Positions 15,701 through 30,178 of a stretch of DNA of 64,000 nucleotides are shown one piece after another (the stretch's first letter is position 1; the number at the start of each line of letters is the position of its first letter). Origin of the DNA: the human T2T-CHM13v2.0 reference genome, Homo sapiens; assembly GCF_009914755.1 (NCBI RefSeq), contig NC_060948.1; one strand, given 5' to 3'. A model generated the notes under the pieces. That model saw nothing but the letters and a program-made list of their open reading frames with translations. It was not told the origin of the DNA and made no database searches. The position numbers and the translations under genes were made by a program.

Positions 15701-16664
15701 TAAAACCAAAGGAAAAAAGTCACTTGTGAAAGGATCTGAAAGCCATTTGACAACATTTCAGAAGACATATTTTTAGGCTAGGATTCTCTGATTCATTCTA
15801 CATTTTAACTAGTATTTTTAAGTTGTAAATGCATAAAGGATATGAAAGAAAAAAAAATTAGACAACACCACAGAGTACGTAAGCCCAGATGTATAATTCT
15901 CCATTCTGAAGTTATCCCTAAGAGAAGTTTGTTCAATTTCTCAGAAATATATATCAAAACATATAATTTTTAAGTTAAAATGAGTGTATACTCTATGTGC
16001 TGTTCCGTACCTACCTTATTTATCCTAATACTACTTTATCAACAAAGAGCAAATATGTTCTCTTTAATAGCACTAAGGCTATTGCATACCATTTTCTGGA
16101 GGCAATATACTGTAATAAAGAAGTTCTTTATTTCATGATGAACAGTTCTGTCATTCCAAGGCTTTTGCTACAACAACAACAACAAGATCTTACACAGACA
16201 TCTTTCTATACATATGTGAGTATATTTGAATATTTTTATTTTTGTTTGATGTATAGATCCAAAAGATTCATTAGAATTGCTTTCTTGTGTTTTTTTCATT
16301 TTTCCAATAAATGGTGACTGAAACAAATCATTTGTAGACGACTTCAACCTAATTGCCTGAGGTCAAAGAACTTGTGGCATTTATGACACTGATTATTTGA
16401 CATTTGTTAAGATTTGCTTACATACTATCATGTGACCAAATGTAAAATGGTAATAATGAAGTTTCATTTGTGTTTGAGAATATTGTTTCTCTCTAATTAT
16501 AGTAATTAGAAATTGATATATATCTATTAGAATGTTTAATTTTTCAAAACTTGTTTTTAATATTTTTTATAAACCTGACATATCAATCTCCAAGAAATTT
16601 TTATTGAAGTCACCCATTTTGGGTGTTGTAATATTATGGATTTGCCACAGTACTGGAAATAAAT

Positions 16665-16862
16665 ACGATGCATATATGTATGTGTATACACACCTATACC
16701 CACAAATATATATATACACACACACACACACATATATACATATATATATACACACATGCATGCATGTGTATATTTGCACATATATACACGGTGTTTATAT
16801 GTGCATATGTGTATGTGCACATATATTTATGTGTGTGTATGTATATATACACACAAATATAT
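16665..16862. repeat. (TA)/(CA)/(TG) low-complexity microsatellite
   Basis: Directly visible alternating purine-pyrimidine run; explains the overlapping Y/I/H/T-rich ORFs. Confidence 0.9.
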
Positions 16863-16864
16863 GG

Positions 16865-17292
16865 AGAAAGAAATCGATTATAAATAGTTGGTTCCTGCAG
16901 TTATGAAGGCTGGCAAGTTCTAATACAGTTGGCATTTTGGACACCCAGGAGGATTGATAGTATAGTTATAGTCTGAGTCCAAAGGCCAGAGACCCAGGGT
17001 GGCCAATGGTGTGTTTCCAGTTTGAAGGCTGGTAACCTTGAGATCTGGGAAGAGCCAAGGTTTTAGTTTGAATCTAAAGGCAGAAAAATTCAAAGCCCTA
17101 GCTCAAATACAGTCAGGAAGGAAGTATACCCTTATATTTTATCCTTTTTGTTCCACTCAAATCTTATATCTTTCTTATTCATTAATGAAAAGGTTAATCT
17201 CATCCAGAAACACCCTCTCAGACACAACAGAATAATGCTTGACCACACATCTGGGCACATAGTGGCCCAAACTGACACATAAAATAACCATA
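16865..17292 (-). mobile_element. ERVL/MaLR-type LTR (MLT2/MLT1E-like)
   Basis: Ends aatctcatccagaaacaccctctcagacaca...atctgggcac..tggcccaaactgacacataaaataaccat, the antisense 5' end typical of MLT LTRs. Confidence 0.65.
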
Positions 17293-17645
17293 TGGGTGGA
17301 TTAAAAAATACATATCCCTGAAATGTAATCCTTTTTGAGCATATACGTGTGCTTATTTTATTAGGTGCACACACATTTTAAGTAACTTCTTGTTGAAGAA
17401 AGACTTCCATGAGGAAACGGCCTTCTCTATCCTTAAAAATATGTATTTTCTTGTATTAAAGCTCACTTTTTATAAAATTAATATAAAGATATCATCTTTC
17501 TATTGATTAGTATTTACCTAGTTTATTTCTTTCTATCCTTTTATTTTCAGTCCCCATTTGTTTGATGCATTAGGCTTCTCTCTTGTTAAGTATTATTTAG
17601 CTTATATTTAATGAATGAGTTTAGATCATTTACATTTATTATGAT

Positions 17646-18207
17646 TGTAAGAAATAAAGAGAGAGGAAAGAAACACAAAAAGTGGCTCACCAGTAATGAC
17701 AGATTTATTTTAGAGAAAACAAACCTGAGAGGGCACCTTCTGGCTGAGTTAGGTCAGAGGCACACTTTCTTAGAGACTAAGAGTTCTTAAGGATTCAGGG
17801 TGGGAGAGTTTATCAGAGGCTTGGACTGCTTCTGTGTTTCTTTGCTGTGCTTGTCTGGGAGGGAGAGTTTTGTGTCTTCCCATACATCTTTCTGCAGCTG
17901 CATGCTTGTCCCCCCAGTCTGCTTTTAGCTTCCCTAACATAGAGCACCTGAAGGGAAAGGAATGTGCTTAATAAGGACCACTGTTTTACTGGGGTCCATT
18001 GTATGAGGGGAAGTTTGGCAGTTACTCAAGGGACTTTCCCTTCATCTCCCTCTGTGCTGAGTTGTCTCATTTGTGTTTTACTGCCTGCTCTTTTGAGCCA
18101 CTTGTAGTCAGAAGAGAAGTGATTTCCTTGAAATATATATGGCCAGAAAAGGAGATGGAATTTAAAAGTGGTGGTTTGTCCGAGATGCCACTGCTCCTGC
18201 TCTATCA
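17646..18207 (-). mobile_element. Solo LTR, MER41C/D-like (ERV1)
   Basis: TG..CA bounded. The antisense strand begins tgatagagcaggagcagtggcatctcggacaaacc and ends tttcttaca. Flanks atgat and ataat resemble a TSD. Confidence 0.8.
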
Positions 18208-18439
18208 ATAATTATTGTTATGTTGGGACTTACTTCTAGCAGCTGGCTTTCTGCATATATATGTTCCTTTTGTCACCTAATAGTGGCAAGCAGCATTTCC
18301 TTGATTTTTAAGTGTTTGATATTAATATGATAATTTTCAGGTAATCCCAAACTCTGAAAAAATATATTGTAAATATCTTTTACATGTACTACAGATGTTG
18401 AAGAAATGAGCCATTCAAGAAAGGGCACCATATCAATAG

Positions 18440-18630
18440 ACAATAGACATACCTAGCTTCAAATCTAGCTCTATGTGAATTTGTGCAAGCCATTGAAACT
18501 TTCTTTGCCTTAGTCTTTTGATCTAGGAAATAAGTGTTATAATAATACTATCTCATACACTTTACCATTAAAATTAAATCAAGTAATATTTGTAAAGCAT
18601 GTACAACAGTGACTGTTGCATACTAAGTAA
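18440..18630 (+). mobile_element. MIR fragment
   Basis: cttcaaatctagctct..gtgaatttgtgcaagccattgaaactttctttgccttagt..aataatactatctcat..gtaaagcat resembles the MIR core. Confidence 0.55.
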
Positions 18631-19394
18631 GGTATGCCTTTATTGAATATAATCCAGTAATTAAATGTTAACATTTTCCCATATCAGTTAATCTCTCTTA
18701 GGAGTTGGAAAAGTAAATAAATATTATGAGAGTGTTGAAGGCTGTACAACACCTCCCATCCTTTCTTCCTTCTTTCTTTCCACAGGTAATCATTATCCTG
18801 AATTTTATGTGTAATTCTCCCACATACATGTATTATAGAGTAAATATTTATCCATATATATATATCTATATATTTATATATATATATGCATATGCTATTG
18901 CTTTGGAGGCATTTAAAGAGTATATAAATATTTCATACCAAATGTATCCCTTTGCAATTTAGTTTTCAAATTTGTTATTATAGTTTTGAAATTGCAAATG
19001 TTTATACTGACAGTTCTATTTCATTCGTTTTAACCACTGTATTACATTTCATTATGTGAAAGAAAAGCCATTTTTTACACATACTCTCCATTGAAGGAGA
19101 GTTGATATCTTTCCACAATTTCTTCTTAACCCCAAAACATTTTGTCCTGTTTTTTTAATAAACATATAGAAGTGTTTTTATAGTGTATATCAAAAAATAA
19201 AAGTTCCTGGCAATTTGGTGTGCCTGTCTTCAAATCTACCAAGCATAACTAAAGAACTCTCTGAAGTTACCGTAACAGTGTATTAAGTACTAAGGTTCCT
19301 GCTTCCCTATAGCCTTGTCAACACTTGATCATATTTGACTTTTCAATTTTAGTCAGTATCGTGGATAGAAAATGGCCTTTTATAGTGGTTTTAA

Positions 19395-19731
<337 letters not shown>

Positions 19732-19979
19732 TGAATATTCAGCTTTTTTTCCTCTGTGAAGTGCCTGCTCATATGCTTCACTCTTTTTCTATATTTTGCC
19801 CTTTATCTGACAGATTTACATGTGTTATTTTATTTTATACTAACGCTTTGTGCTACAGCTCTCTTCAGTCAGTCAAATGACTAACTTATTTTTTCATGAT
19901 GTCTTATGTCAAAAAGATTTTTATTTTATTATGTGTTCTTTAAAAATTTTTATTTTTACTACTATTATTACATTTTTAA

Positions 19980-20268
<289 letters not shown>

Positions 20269-20881
20269 CTTCTAAAATTTTTATTTTTATTAAAGCTTTT
20301 TAAACCTTATCAACGGTATTTTTCTGATACTATAAATTATTCTCTAATATTTTCTCCTAGCAATTTGGCAGTTTGGTTTTTACATGTATTTTTAAAGTCA
20401 TCATCCATTTACTCTTGTGTACACTGTGACATAAAGATTTATTTTTATATGTCATTAACAAATGTGTTTAGCCCACTTGCCTTCAATTTTTTTCTTAGGA
20501 TATTATTGAATAGTGCATTACTTCAGCATTGCTTAGACTGTAACTTCTGTTATAATAGTGTGCTTACTTCCGGGTTACTTCCATTTGCAATAGATTTTTT
20601 CCATGCTATAATACTTAGAAATAGCTGTATAAAAGTGTTCACTGTTAAACAGAGCCCTCGCCCGAATGCAGTGGCTTGCAGGGACAACCAGTGGCCCTCT
20701 TCGCACTTCTGGCCCAATGTATCACATATAAAGTAAGTGAAAACAGTGTGCTTACATTGCAAATACTGCTTTAAGACATATCTCTCAGTATCTTATGTAT
20801 ATTCATTTAAGTTTAGCCCTCGTAGATTTTCCAGTGTCATCATCCAGACTTATTCTCTACTTCTGTTAAAAAAAATTTCAT

Positions 20882-21213
<332 letters not shown>

Positions 21214-22023
21214 TTTCATTTTGTTTAGTTCTTATTCTACCTGTGCTTATTCTTTATTTTTAAAGAGAAAAACAAGACACAAGATTAAAATATTTTTATG
21301 CAATCTACATAGAAGTAACCCTCTATGTCACTTAGAATGCATGTGTGTGTGTGTAGAAATATTTGAGTTCCTTTTTATTACTTTGCCACTACGTCAATAG
21401 GTAGAATTTGTGTTCTTTTCCATTAATTAACAAAAATAATGTGTGGGTATGGTTGTGTGACTTTAAAACTCAAAACAAGTTTATTTTATTATAAAACAAT
21501 TTAATTTTGTGAAATCAGGCATAGATTTTAAAATATCTTTAAATAAATTTGAAGTCATCAAACTTCTTTTAAATTCAATAAAGTACCTTTTTTTGTTTGT
21601 TTTTTGATGGTCTCAAATCTTGCTCCATGTCATTTTCTCAGAGAAAATGAATAACATAACATCATCTTTACCAATTCAAAATTATCACTGCCTTACCTCT
21701 GCTTGATCTTAGTCTTAGCTCATTTTATTGGGAAACTTCATGGTCTTTATATCAACTAAGTTATTGAAGGCTTCAAAATTGAGTTGTTAAATAAACTGAT
21801 TATCACCTATTTCTGTGGTGGTACTACTCGTACTCAGGGTGCTGGAGATGATACCATTTCATGGACTTAAGTTTCAAATCAAAGACAACTAAATCAGGTT
21901 GAATTATTCACTGCTTTTCCTTGGCCAACTGACATTACGGTCTATTCAGTAACATTTTAATGCCTGTACATTAGGTCAAAAAAAGCACAAGGCATGGTTC
22001 AATTGGACTTCTAATTTAAAATG

Positions 22024-22131
22024 AGGAAAGAAGGAGGGAAGGAGGGAAGGAGGGAAAGAAGGAAGGAAGGGAGGGAGGAAGGAAGGAAGGGAGGGAGGGA
22101 GGGAGGAAGGGAGGGAGGGAGGAAGGAAGAG
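22024..22131. repeat. (GGAA)/(GGGA) polypurine simple repeat
   Basis: Directly visible. Confidence 0.9.
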
Positions 22132-24896
22132 GCCACAAAAAGCTAAACATAAAGCTTATCATCAGCATGAACTCTGTTACGTATTATTTCACTAAATAAG
22201 AAAGCCAAAATTTGTGCCATGTAGAAAGTGTAAATGGAAGTGGATCTCTGTTATCCATACATTATTTGTAGGTTCTGGCTTCAACTGAACCAGTCAAACC
22301 CAGCTTGCACCGTATGGCATGACCTGGTCATGTTCCTGCAGCTTTTTAAACATGGTTCATTTTTTCTGTTTATGCCTTTATTTCTTCAGTGAGTTCCAGA
22401 GAGTCTTATTGACCGTCAGTCTCTTATTCACTGTCAGTCCCTCGGTTTATTATTTCTATGTTTATTTATTTATTTCTTTTGGAACTTTGTATTTTAGGAA
22501 AGACCCAGTGGCACGCATCTCCTTTTGTTTTACTCTGGCACTAAGCTTGATGTAGGGCCATCAATCGTCTGTCTTTAGAATTATACATAACCTATGATTT
22601 ACACACAGTTTGTCATCAAAAATTTGCATACATTTTCATTCAACATCTCTTTCCACTTCGCTAATTCACCTTCTTGTCTTCTGAATGCTTTTCCAGTTGG
22701 ACCCTGCCAGCCACTTCCCATTGCTAGCAAGAACTTTCTTTTTCAACAATGTAGATGAGACTGCTTTTCTAACTGCAGTGATGGATCTAATCAGAACTTC
22801 ATAAATCTTTACAAAATTACAGCTCAATACATTGATTGTCATCAGTGAAGTACCACTAGAACTATTTTTTGTCAAAATAAATCTTGTGGGATGGGCAGAG
22901 ATGTGGGGATGGACTCTTCCAAAAGAGTACCATCACTTTGTTTCACTTTTTAGAATACATTTTTGGGGGCGGTAGAAGGGAATAACTGGACCTTCAATGA
23001 GTTGGAATAAAACAAATCATCATCACTTCAATCTATAATTGAACTTTGGAAGAACCAGTAACCTGAGCTTAAACTATACTATCAGTTCATGAAATTCCTC
23101 CTTTTGATAATACAGCATATTTCCCAAAAGGAACATTCTTTAGTCAGATGGGTCCTGTGTTTACAAGTGGCTTTCGAGACTGGGGATTTTACACCAGCAC
23201 CTACAGTAACCAGAGCAGAATTATTGCTTCCCTAGCTTTGTGTCTTTCTATATGTCAACAAGGAAAAAAAAAGACTTAAAAAAAGTCAAAGCTGACGACT
23301 CTAGAGGGAATCCCTCTAATGCCTCGGCTGTTATTAAGGCACCCCAATGGGAACACTTTAATTGCTCATGACCATGGTCCTGCCTTCCTGGCCCATGTGC
23401 CCTCTGGATCTTCAGTAAGACCAGTATAGCCTCCATTAACTTTAACTGAGCAGCAAGGCACCTTTTTCTGGCTCCATAGTGCCTACTTAAACAGAACAAA
23501 ACAAAACAAAAACAAAACAAAACAAAACCAGACAATGCATATCTTGAATATCCTCAATTAAGGTCTCAGTTAAAACAGAAGACAAATAATGAGATCAATT
23601 CATACATCATTTTTTAATTCAGCAGAACTGTCTTCTATTTCTTAACAAGAAGTGATTAGTTGGCAATGAGAAACCCAGAAAAGTTGTGAAAATTAATTTG
23701 CTTCTCCAAGAACATGCAATACATCATCCTTTATAATTTTACTTAAAAGGCAGGAGCGTGTTGATCTGTATATCATCCATTATTCTCTTCATTGAAATGA
23801 GGTTAAAAGATAGCATAAGCAATAATGGCTAATACTATACTTACAATTTAACCAAAAAGTTAAGGTTTACAATGCGTTTTATTTTACCGAGAAGTGGGTA
23901 GCCAGTATTCCAACTGTATTCATCTGGAGGTGTTTGAGGATTAAATCCATAATGTCTGGAACACAGTATCCAGTCATATCTTATTCTCCCTGTCTTGTGG
24001 GTAGCTGATCCGCAGCATTTTGAAGAGTTGTGTCACAGATTCATGGGTATAAATGTGAAATAAGTGAAACTAGTATGTATCTTGAGTATCCCTTGTTATT
24101 GCTAGATGCGATGTCACAGATGCAGTACCTGCCACAAAGTTTTATGGATCTCTGCATCACTAATAAACTATGGCAGAGCTCCAAATTACAATACCTCCTA
24201 GGAGGATTTCTACTTTGGGATTCCTGGAGCCTAAGTTTCTGTTCTTCCTACAAATTACAGATTCCATTATTTGGTGACAAATCATCTATTTAGTAGCAGT
24301 GTGTACTGGATGGTTGTGTAAAGTAAAACTAATAAGCTTTGTAGGATTGAAAGTTTAAAAAAAAGATTGTCAAGAGTCTATTTTTAACAATGGTAACAGA
24401 AACTAGCAAGTGCATATGCTGAAGGCAGAATAACATTCAGAGCCTCTTTGTTGTTTCAGAGGAAAAGGTGGCAACCCAATCTCAGAATGATTGTATGTGC
24501 ACCTTCAGTAGGACAGTGTTTATATTTTTAGATACAGTATGATTTTAACTATGCTGGGTTGGTAATTACAATTAAGGTAGGTGCATGAATAATCCATGAT
24601 GAATGAAAATAAATCTCTTATATATAAAAATGATACTACTAGTCAGGTATTTAGGAATTACAAAATTTGTTCTCTACTGTCAGATATTTATTACCTCCAA
24701 TGAAACCATACAAGAGCACACTTTTCAAAGCAAATGTAAGTCTGTCTCTGGAAATATTTGTATGATTGAAACTCAATGATTCCTTCTCTCCTAGAGGCTT
24801 CTAATGGAGAGATCATTATTGAAGCACACATTAAAGTATACTCCTGAGATGTCATTATTTATGTCGACATTAAGAAGAATTTTGGGACATGTTTGT

Positions 24897-25008
24897 TCTT
24901 TCTTTCTCTTTCTTTCTTCCCTTTCTTTCTTTCCTTCTTTCTTTCTTTTTTCTTTCTTTCTTTCTTTCTGTCTCTTTCTTTCTTTCTTCCTTCCTTCCTC
25001 TTTCTTTC

Positions 25009-25084
<76 letters not shown>

Positions 25085-25112
25085 TTTCTTCCTTTCTGCT
25101 TTTTTTTTCTTT
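24897..25112. repeat. Compound (TTTC)n STR, pure (TTTC)18 at 25011-25082
   Basis: Directly visible; forms the tail of the adjacent antisense Alu. Confidence 0.95.
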
Positions 25113-25392
25113 TGCTATGGGGTCTTGCACTCTGTCACCCAGGCTGGAGTGCCATGGTGCAATCTCAGCTCTCTGCAAGATCTGTCTCCCAGGTTCACGC
25201 CATTCTCTTCCTCAGCTTCCTGAGTAGCTGGGAATACAGGTGCCTGCCACCATGCCTGGCTAATTTTTTGTATTTTTAGTAGAGATAGGGTTTCACCATA
25301 GCCAGAATGGTCTCAATCTCCTGACCTCGTGATCCACCCACCTCAGCCTCCCAGAGTGCTGGGATTACAGGCGTGAGCCACTGTGCCAGACT
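25098..25392 (-). mobile_element. Alu (diverged AluY/AluSc-like)
   Basis: ggggtcttgcactctgtcacccaggctggagtg...ggattacaggcgtgagccactgtgcc. Confidence 0.9.
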
Positions 25393-26020
25393 GTAGCTAT
25401 TTCAATATCCCTAAACAATTTTAACTTAAGGTAACTTCGTATTTCTTTGCAACATTAAAGGGTCTTTGGATTCAATTTTAAATCTTGAATGCAGTGGATT
25501 TAACAATTTAGAGTAAGGACAGATATATTTAAGGTAATAAGTTTGGTTGAAATATCTAATTTATGACAGAAGATATGCTGTCTACACTGATCATTTCACA
25601 GTTACCTTGTGAAAGATCATAAGGCACCATAGGCAAATCCAGGATGCTCTCCTTATGCCCTGATTGTTCTTGCTGGGCCTTCCTCCAAATTCTGACTGCC
25701 TCACTGCCATTCAAGTTTGAGACGGGTGCTGTATGTGGTTTAAGCAATGAGAGCTGACCGGCAACCGCAACAAAACATTAATCATATAAAGTTATTCAGT
25801 GCCTTTACCACATTATGATACTAATCCCGCTGAGCATAGTTCAGTTTCTGCAATCCTCTTGAGTAAGGCCTTTGTTAGTAATTTTCCAAGGTAACTTACT
25901 TGATCTTGGAAATATATTCCTCTCAGAAATTTAGTTGTATATGTCTATGATGTGTTGATGAATTCCTGTCTCTTTCACTGCAAGCAATTATGCATAAGAT
26001 AGAAACAAAATTAGCAAAAC

Positions 26021-26301
26021 GCCAAGTGCAATGGCTCACATCTGTAATCCCAGCACTTTGTGAGGCTGAGTTGGATCGATCACTTGAAGTCAGGAGTTCA
26101 AGACCAGCCTAGGTAATATGGCGAAACCCCAACTCTACTACAAATGAAAAAATTAGCCAGGCATGGTAGTGAATGCCTTTTTTCCACATACTCAGGAGGC
26201 TGAGAAAGAGGAATCACTTGAACCCAAAGTTGGAGATTGCAGTGAGCCGGGATCATGCCACTGCACTCCTGCCTGGGTAACAGTGAGACTCTGTCTCAAA
26301 A

Positions 26302-26302
<1 letters not shown>
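26021..26302 (+). mobile_element. Alu (AluS/J)
   Basis: gccaagtgcaatggctcacatctgtaatcccagcactttg...cagtgagactctgtctcaaaaa. Confidence 0.9.

Positions 26303-26362
<60 letters not shown>
26302..26362. repeat. (AT)n microsatellite, pure (AT)26 at 26311-26362
   Basis: Directly visible; derived from the Alu tail. Confidence 0.95.
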
Positions 26363-26368
<6 letters not shown>

Positions 26369-27666
26369 AAATATAAAAACTCCAGGATATCCTGTTGCCT
26401 GTGTATTATACATCATCATTTAAAGAACAGAACCCCTATTTATAAAAATGAGACTATGCCAGCAATGATATTAATATTAAAGTTTAATTTTTAAGTTCAT
26501 TATTAAAAGGAGCCTTAAAAAGATGCAGAATGGATAAAGTTCCAATGTGTATCTTTAGTAAAGTAGGAAGAAGTTTTTGGATCAAAAGATGAATTAATGT
26601 CAAAATTTGTCATATGGAATCTCATATGTATGATACTGTGTATTAATGCTTTAGCACATGTGTTTGGCAATTTTGTGATAAAATGAGAAAAAAATCTTAA
26701 CATATCAACTTACCTTGTATTTAACAAAAAACAATCTCTACTAACCATATAAATTAAATTTAATATTTCATGTTTATTTGAATTATAATAAATTTGTCAT
26801 GGAGAATAAGTGTGTGTGTGTTTGAGAGAAGGAATTTCTTCTCATAAAATGGATTATGTTACAAAATTATTTCAAATTAGATATTTTGCAAAAGGTATAC
26901 ATTTTCCCATAGTAATAATGCCAAAAGAACTATAAAGATACATAACAATCTTTATAACTGCAGGATCCAATATTAATAAAGACTGCCAGGCAAGACATAA
27001 TTCACTTTGATTCCAAAATAAGTAGGAGGGTGGTTAGAAGAGGGGAGGAATACAGCCAGTGGAAGTGAGGAAAAGATCTGACAACTGAACATCTCTAAAT
27101 CAGGAGCAAGGGTTAAAACTTTCTAGGTATGGATTTCTAGTAGAAAGGTAACATGTACAAGTCAATTGCAATCTAATTGTTCACAGAATAAAAAACACCT
27201 AACAGCTTATTATTTAAAATTAATAGTCCTGTTGTTTAGCACATATTCATACTTTCCATGGCAGAATTGTGCTTTCCTTTTGCTTGTTTCCTGTTAGGGG
27301 CCAATGGGATGCTCAGACATGGGAAACAAGGAAGGTCTTGAAATGTATTTGGCAACTGAACTTACACTCTTGCCTTCCTGCTTTTCTTTATAAGGAGAAA
27401 ATAACTTAACTGCAGGCTTAAAGAGAACACATTAGAGTAGACCGAGACAAAATCAAGTCCAACTAAGCTTAGAAGAGTAAAAAAATCCCTCTTTATCTTC
27501 AATTACAAGGGCAAAAAGTACATGCTTACTGTAAAATGCCACAAGTTTTGGTATGGGTAATTAGGCAGCATTATTGATACACTAACTTTTACACTCTTTA
27601 CCTAAAAAAAATAGTTTTGCCAAACAAGCATTTGGTACAGAAAGTGTTAGACTAAGGCCTATACAG

Positions 27667-27801
27667 GAAAATTAAAAGCAATATTAACAAGAGCAGTGAT
27701 GATAACCTCAGTAGCAATAACAATTAAAACAGAAAATTAAAAGTAAGTAACATTAACAAGAATAGGGATGATAACCTCAATAGCAATAACAATTAAAACA
27801 G
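27667..27801. repeat. Two-copy imperfect tandem duplication (~65-70 bp unit)
   Basis: gaaaattaaaag..attaacaaga..gatgataacctca.tagcaataacaattaaaacaga is repeated head-to-tail. Confidence 0.85.
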
Positions 27802-28184
27802 AAGGGTCTTACTTACATTATCTCATTTTATATAAAAAGACAATTCACAATGTGAATTGGAATGCTTATAACTTCAGCTTTTTTATTTTAAAATACCATA
27901 TTCCCATGTAAATGGGGTCCTGCAATTTTCACCCAAATCAATGTAGACATCCCTTTATTGTGGTTAAGCTGTTCTTACCTGTATATGTGTGAATAAATCT
28001 TGTCCTAGTTTTGAGTTTCTTGAATGAAACAGCAGTAATAACAAAAATAAGATGTCCTCATCACTGATGCTATATTTGGCTTTGTTTAAAAAAAATCAGT
28101 CCTTAGCTTTTCAAACAGGCAATATCTGTCTTTAGAGAACATCTATTCTTGCCTCATCCTTTTGCTATCATATAACATGAAGTG

Positions 28185-28185
28185 G

Positions 28186-28217
<32 letters not shown>

Positions 28218-28333
28218 AGCAGATAAACAAAGAGAGACAGAACAGAGAGAGAGAAACAGGGAGAGAGAGAGAGAAAAGCAGATAAACAGAGAGAGGAAAA
28301 CAGAGAGAGAGAGACAGAGAGAGAGAGACAGAG
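28185..28333. repeat. (GA)-rich simple repeat
   Basis: Directly visible. Confidence 0.9.
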
Positions 28334-29689
28334 ATTCTTCAAAAACAAGTAATTATTTCTGCATCTTAAAGAAAGCAAAATTTACTTGTGAGTTTGAACT
28401 AGGGAATGAAAATTTTGGTTCTATATGTTTAATTAGTTTTTAATTTCTCTGTAACCTCATCATGAGTCTCTAACAGGAAATAATATTGATCATACATTTG
28501 GTAAAATTAGGTGCACATATCTTAGATCATTCTCAAGGGGCTCACTAAATTATTTACTAAGCCTAATGTGTTACTAATACAAGTTAAACTCCACCTCTAG
28601 TGTAACTGTAAAATTCATTGAGTAAATAGTGCCCTGTGACCATCATGGTCTTGGTATTAGAGATAAGTGAATCGAGTGCCTAGCACAATGTCTATAAGGA
28701 AATACTGTATCACTTTACCCTGCTCCATTAAAGGAATAAGGTTTACATCATATTCCACACAAGGAAAAAACATTTTAAATGCTTCATTTTCCCTAAGGTA
28801 AACCACAATGACAACAACAACAACAACAACAACAAAAACAGACTCATTCTGTCTAGTTCTAATCCAAAAATTAAATAAAACCCTGAGCTTTTCTGTAAGT
28901 TACTGAAAACTATCCTGGCCTTTGAAATGTTGATATATAGAAATGGAAAAATATAATCTGATTTGACAATAATTCAAAGAAGTTATTAATTGTCCATCAT
29001 GAATGTTACAAATTTGATAAATTAAATATCTAGTCATATTTTTTAAAATTTTAGAGCAAGTTCTGTTAAAACCTGTACTCCAATTAATAGTTTTCTGCAA
29101 ATGAATTTATTTTCTTTTCTAAATGACTTGGTCTCTGATTCTACCTTTGACATTTGATTTCCAGCAAGTGCCCAGAAACTGTTTTATATTACTGTTGTTA
29201 TTAATATGGCAGTCATTTTCATAGTTCATAAATATGCATAGATTCAAATATATACTGTCTATGACAACGTTTTAAACTGCAATTATTCTGGGGACTTTAG
29301 CAGAGCCAAGAGACACAAAACAAACAATTTACTTCAGTTACGTTTTGCTTTATAAACAGTGATGTATGTTTCCCCCAAGGTTCAACTGAGCATTCAACTG
29401 AGTATTCTTATGACTACTCCATGAAGAAATGAAGTGATCACATGAAAACAAACCCAGGTGGAACCTGGGGGAAACACTAATTTTGAATATATGGTTATCA
29501 TTTATTGCATATTTATTCAGCAAGCACTGTCTTGATAAAAACCGTAAGACACATCAAATCAACCTTAATAGACTAACTTTACAGCAGTGACTAATCACTC
29601 CCCATAGGTAGCCCCTTTTTATCTGGACACACTGTTTGTTCTAGATATGCTAACCACGTTAAAGACTTTGATGATTCTAAACATTGACT

Positions 29690-30178
29690 CGGTTACCCCA
29701 GACCAGGGTACCAGTGCATGGCCTGTTAGGAAAGGCTGTATAGCAAGAGGTGAGTGGCTGGCAGGTCAGCAAAGCTTCATCTGTATTTACAGCCACTCCT
29801 CATCGCTTGCATTACCACCTTAGCTCCACCTCTTGTCAGATCAGAAGTGGCATTAGATTTTTGTATGCCATGGTGAACTGCCCATGCAAGGGGTTTAAGT
29901 TGTGCACTCCTTATGATTATCTAATGCCTGGTGATCTGTCACTGTCTGCCATCACCCCAGGATGGAAAACAAGTTCAGGCCTCCCATAGATTCTACATTA
30001 TGGTGAGTTATATAATTATTTAATTACATGTTACAACGTTTTAATAATAGAAATACAGGACAAAATAAATGTAATGTCCTTGAATCATCCTGCAAGCATC
30101 ACCTCTCCACTCATGATCTGTGGAAAAATTGTCTTCCATGAAACCAGTCCCTGCCGCCAGAAAGGTTGGGAACATCTG
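29690..30178 (+). mobile_element. MER1A (hAT-Charlie non-autonomous DNA transposon)
   Basis: catggcctgttaggaa, aagcttcatctgtatttacagccactcc, attctacattatggtgagtt, and the end tggaaaaattgtcttccatgaaaccagtccctg..aaaggttgggaacatctg. Confidence 0.8.

Noticed and set aside
22200-23490. Second coding-like minus-strand stretch (e.g. RRQEGELAKWKEMLNENVCKFL)
   Set aside because: No recognisable homolog or consistent frame; a pseudogene call cannot be supported without a search.
24804-25279. F/L/S-rich and K/E/R-rich ORFs
   Set aside because: Translations of the (TTTC)n STR and the adjoining Alu.
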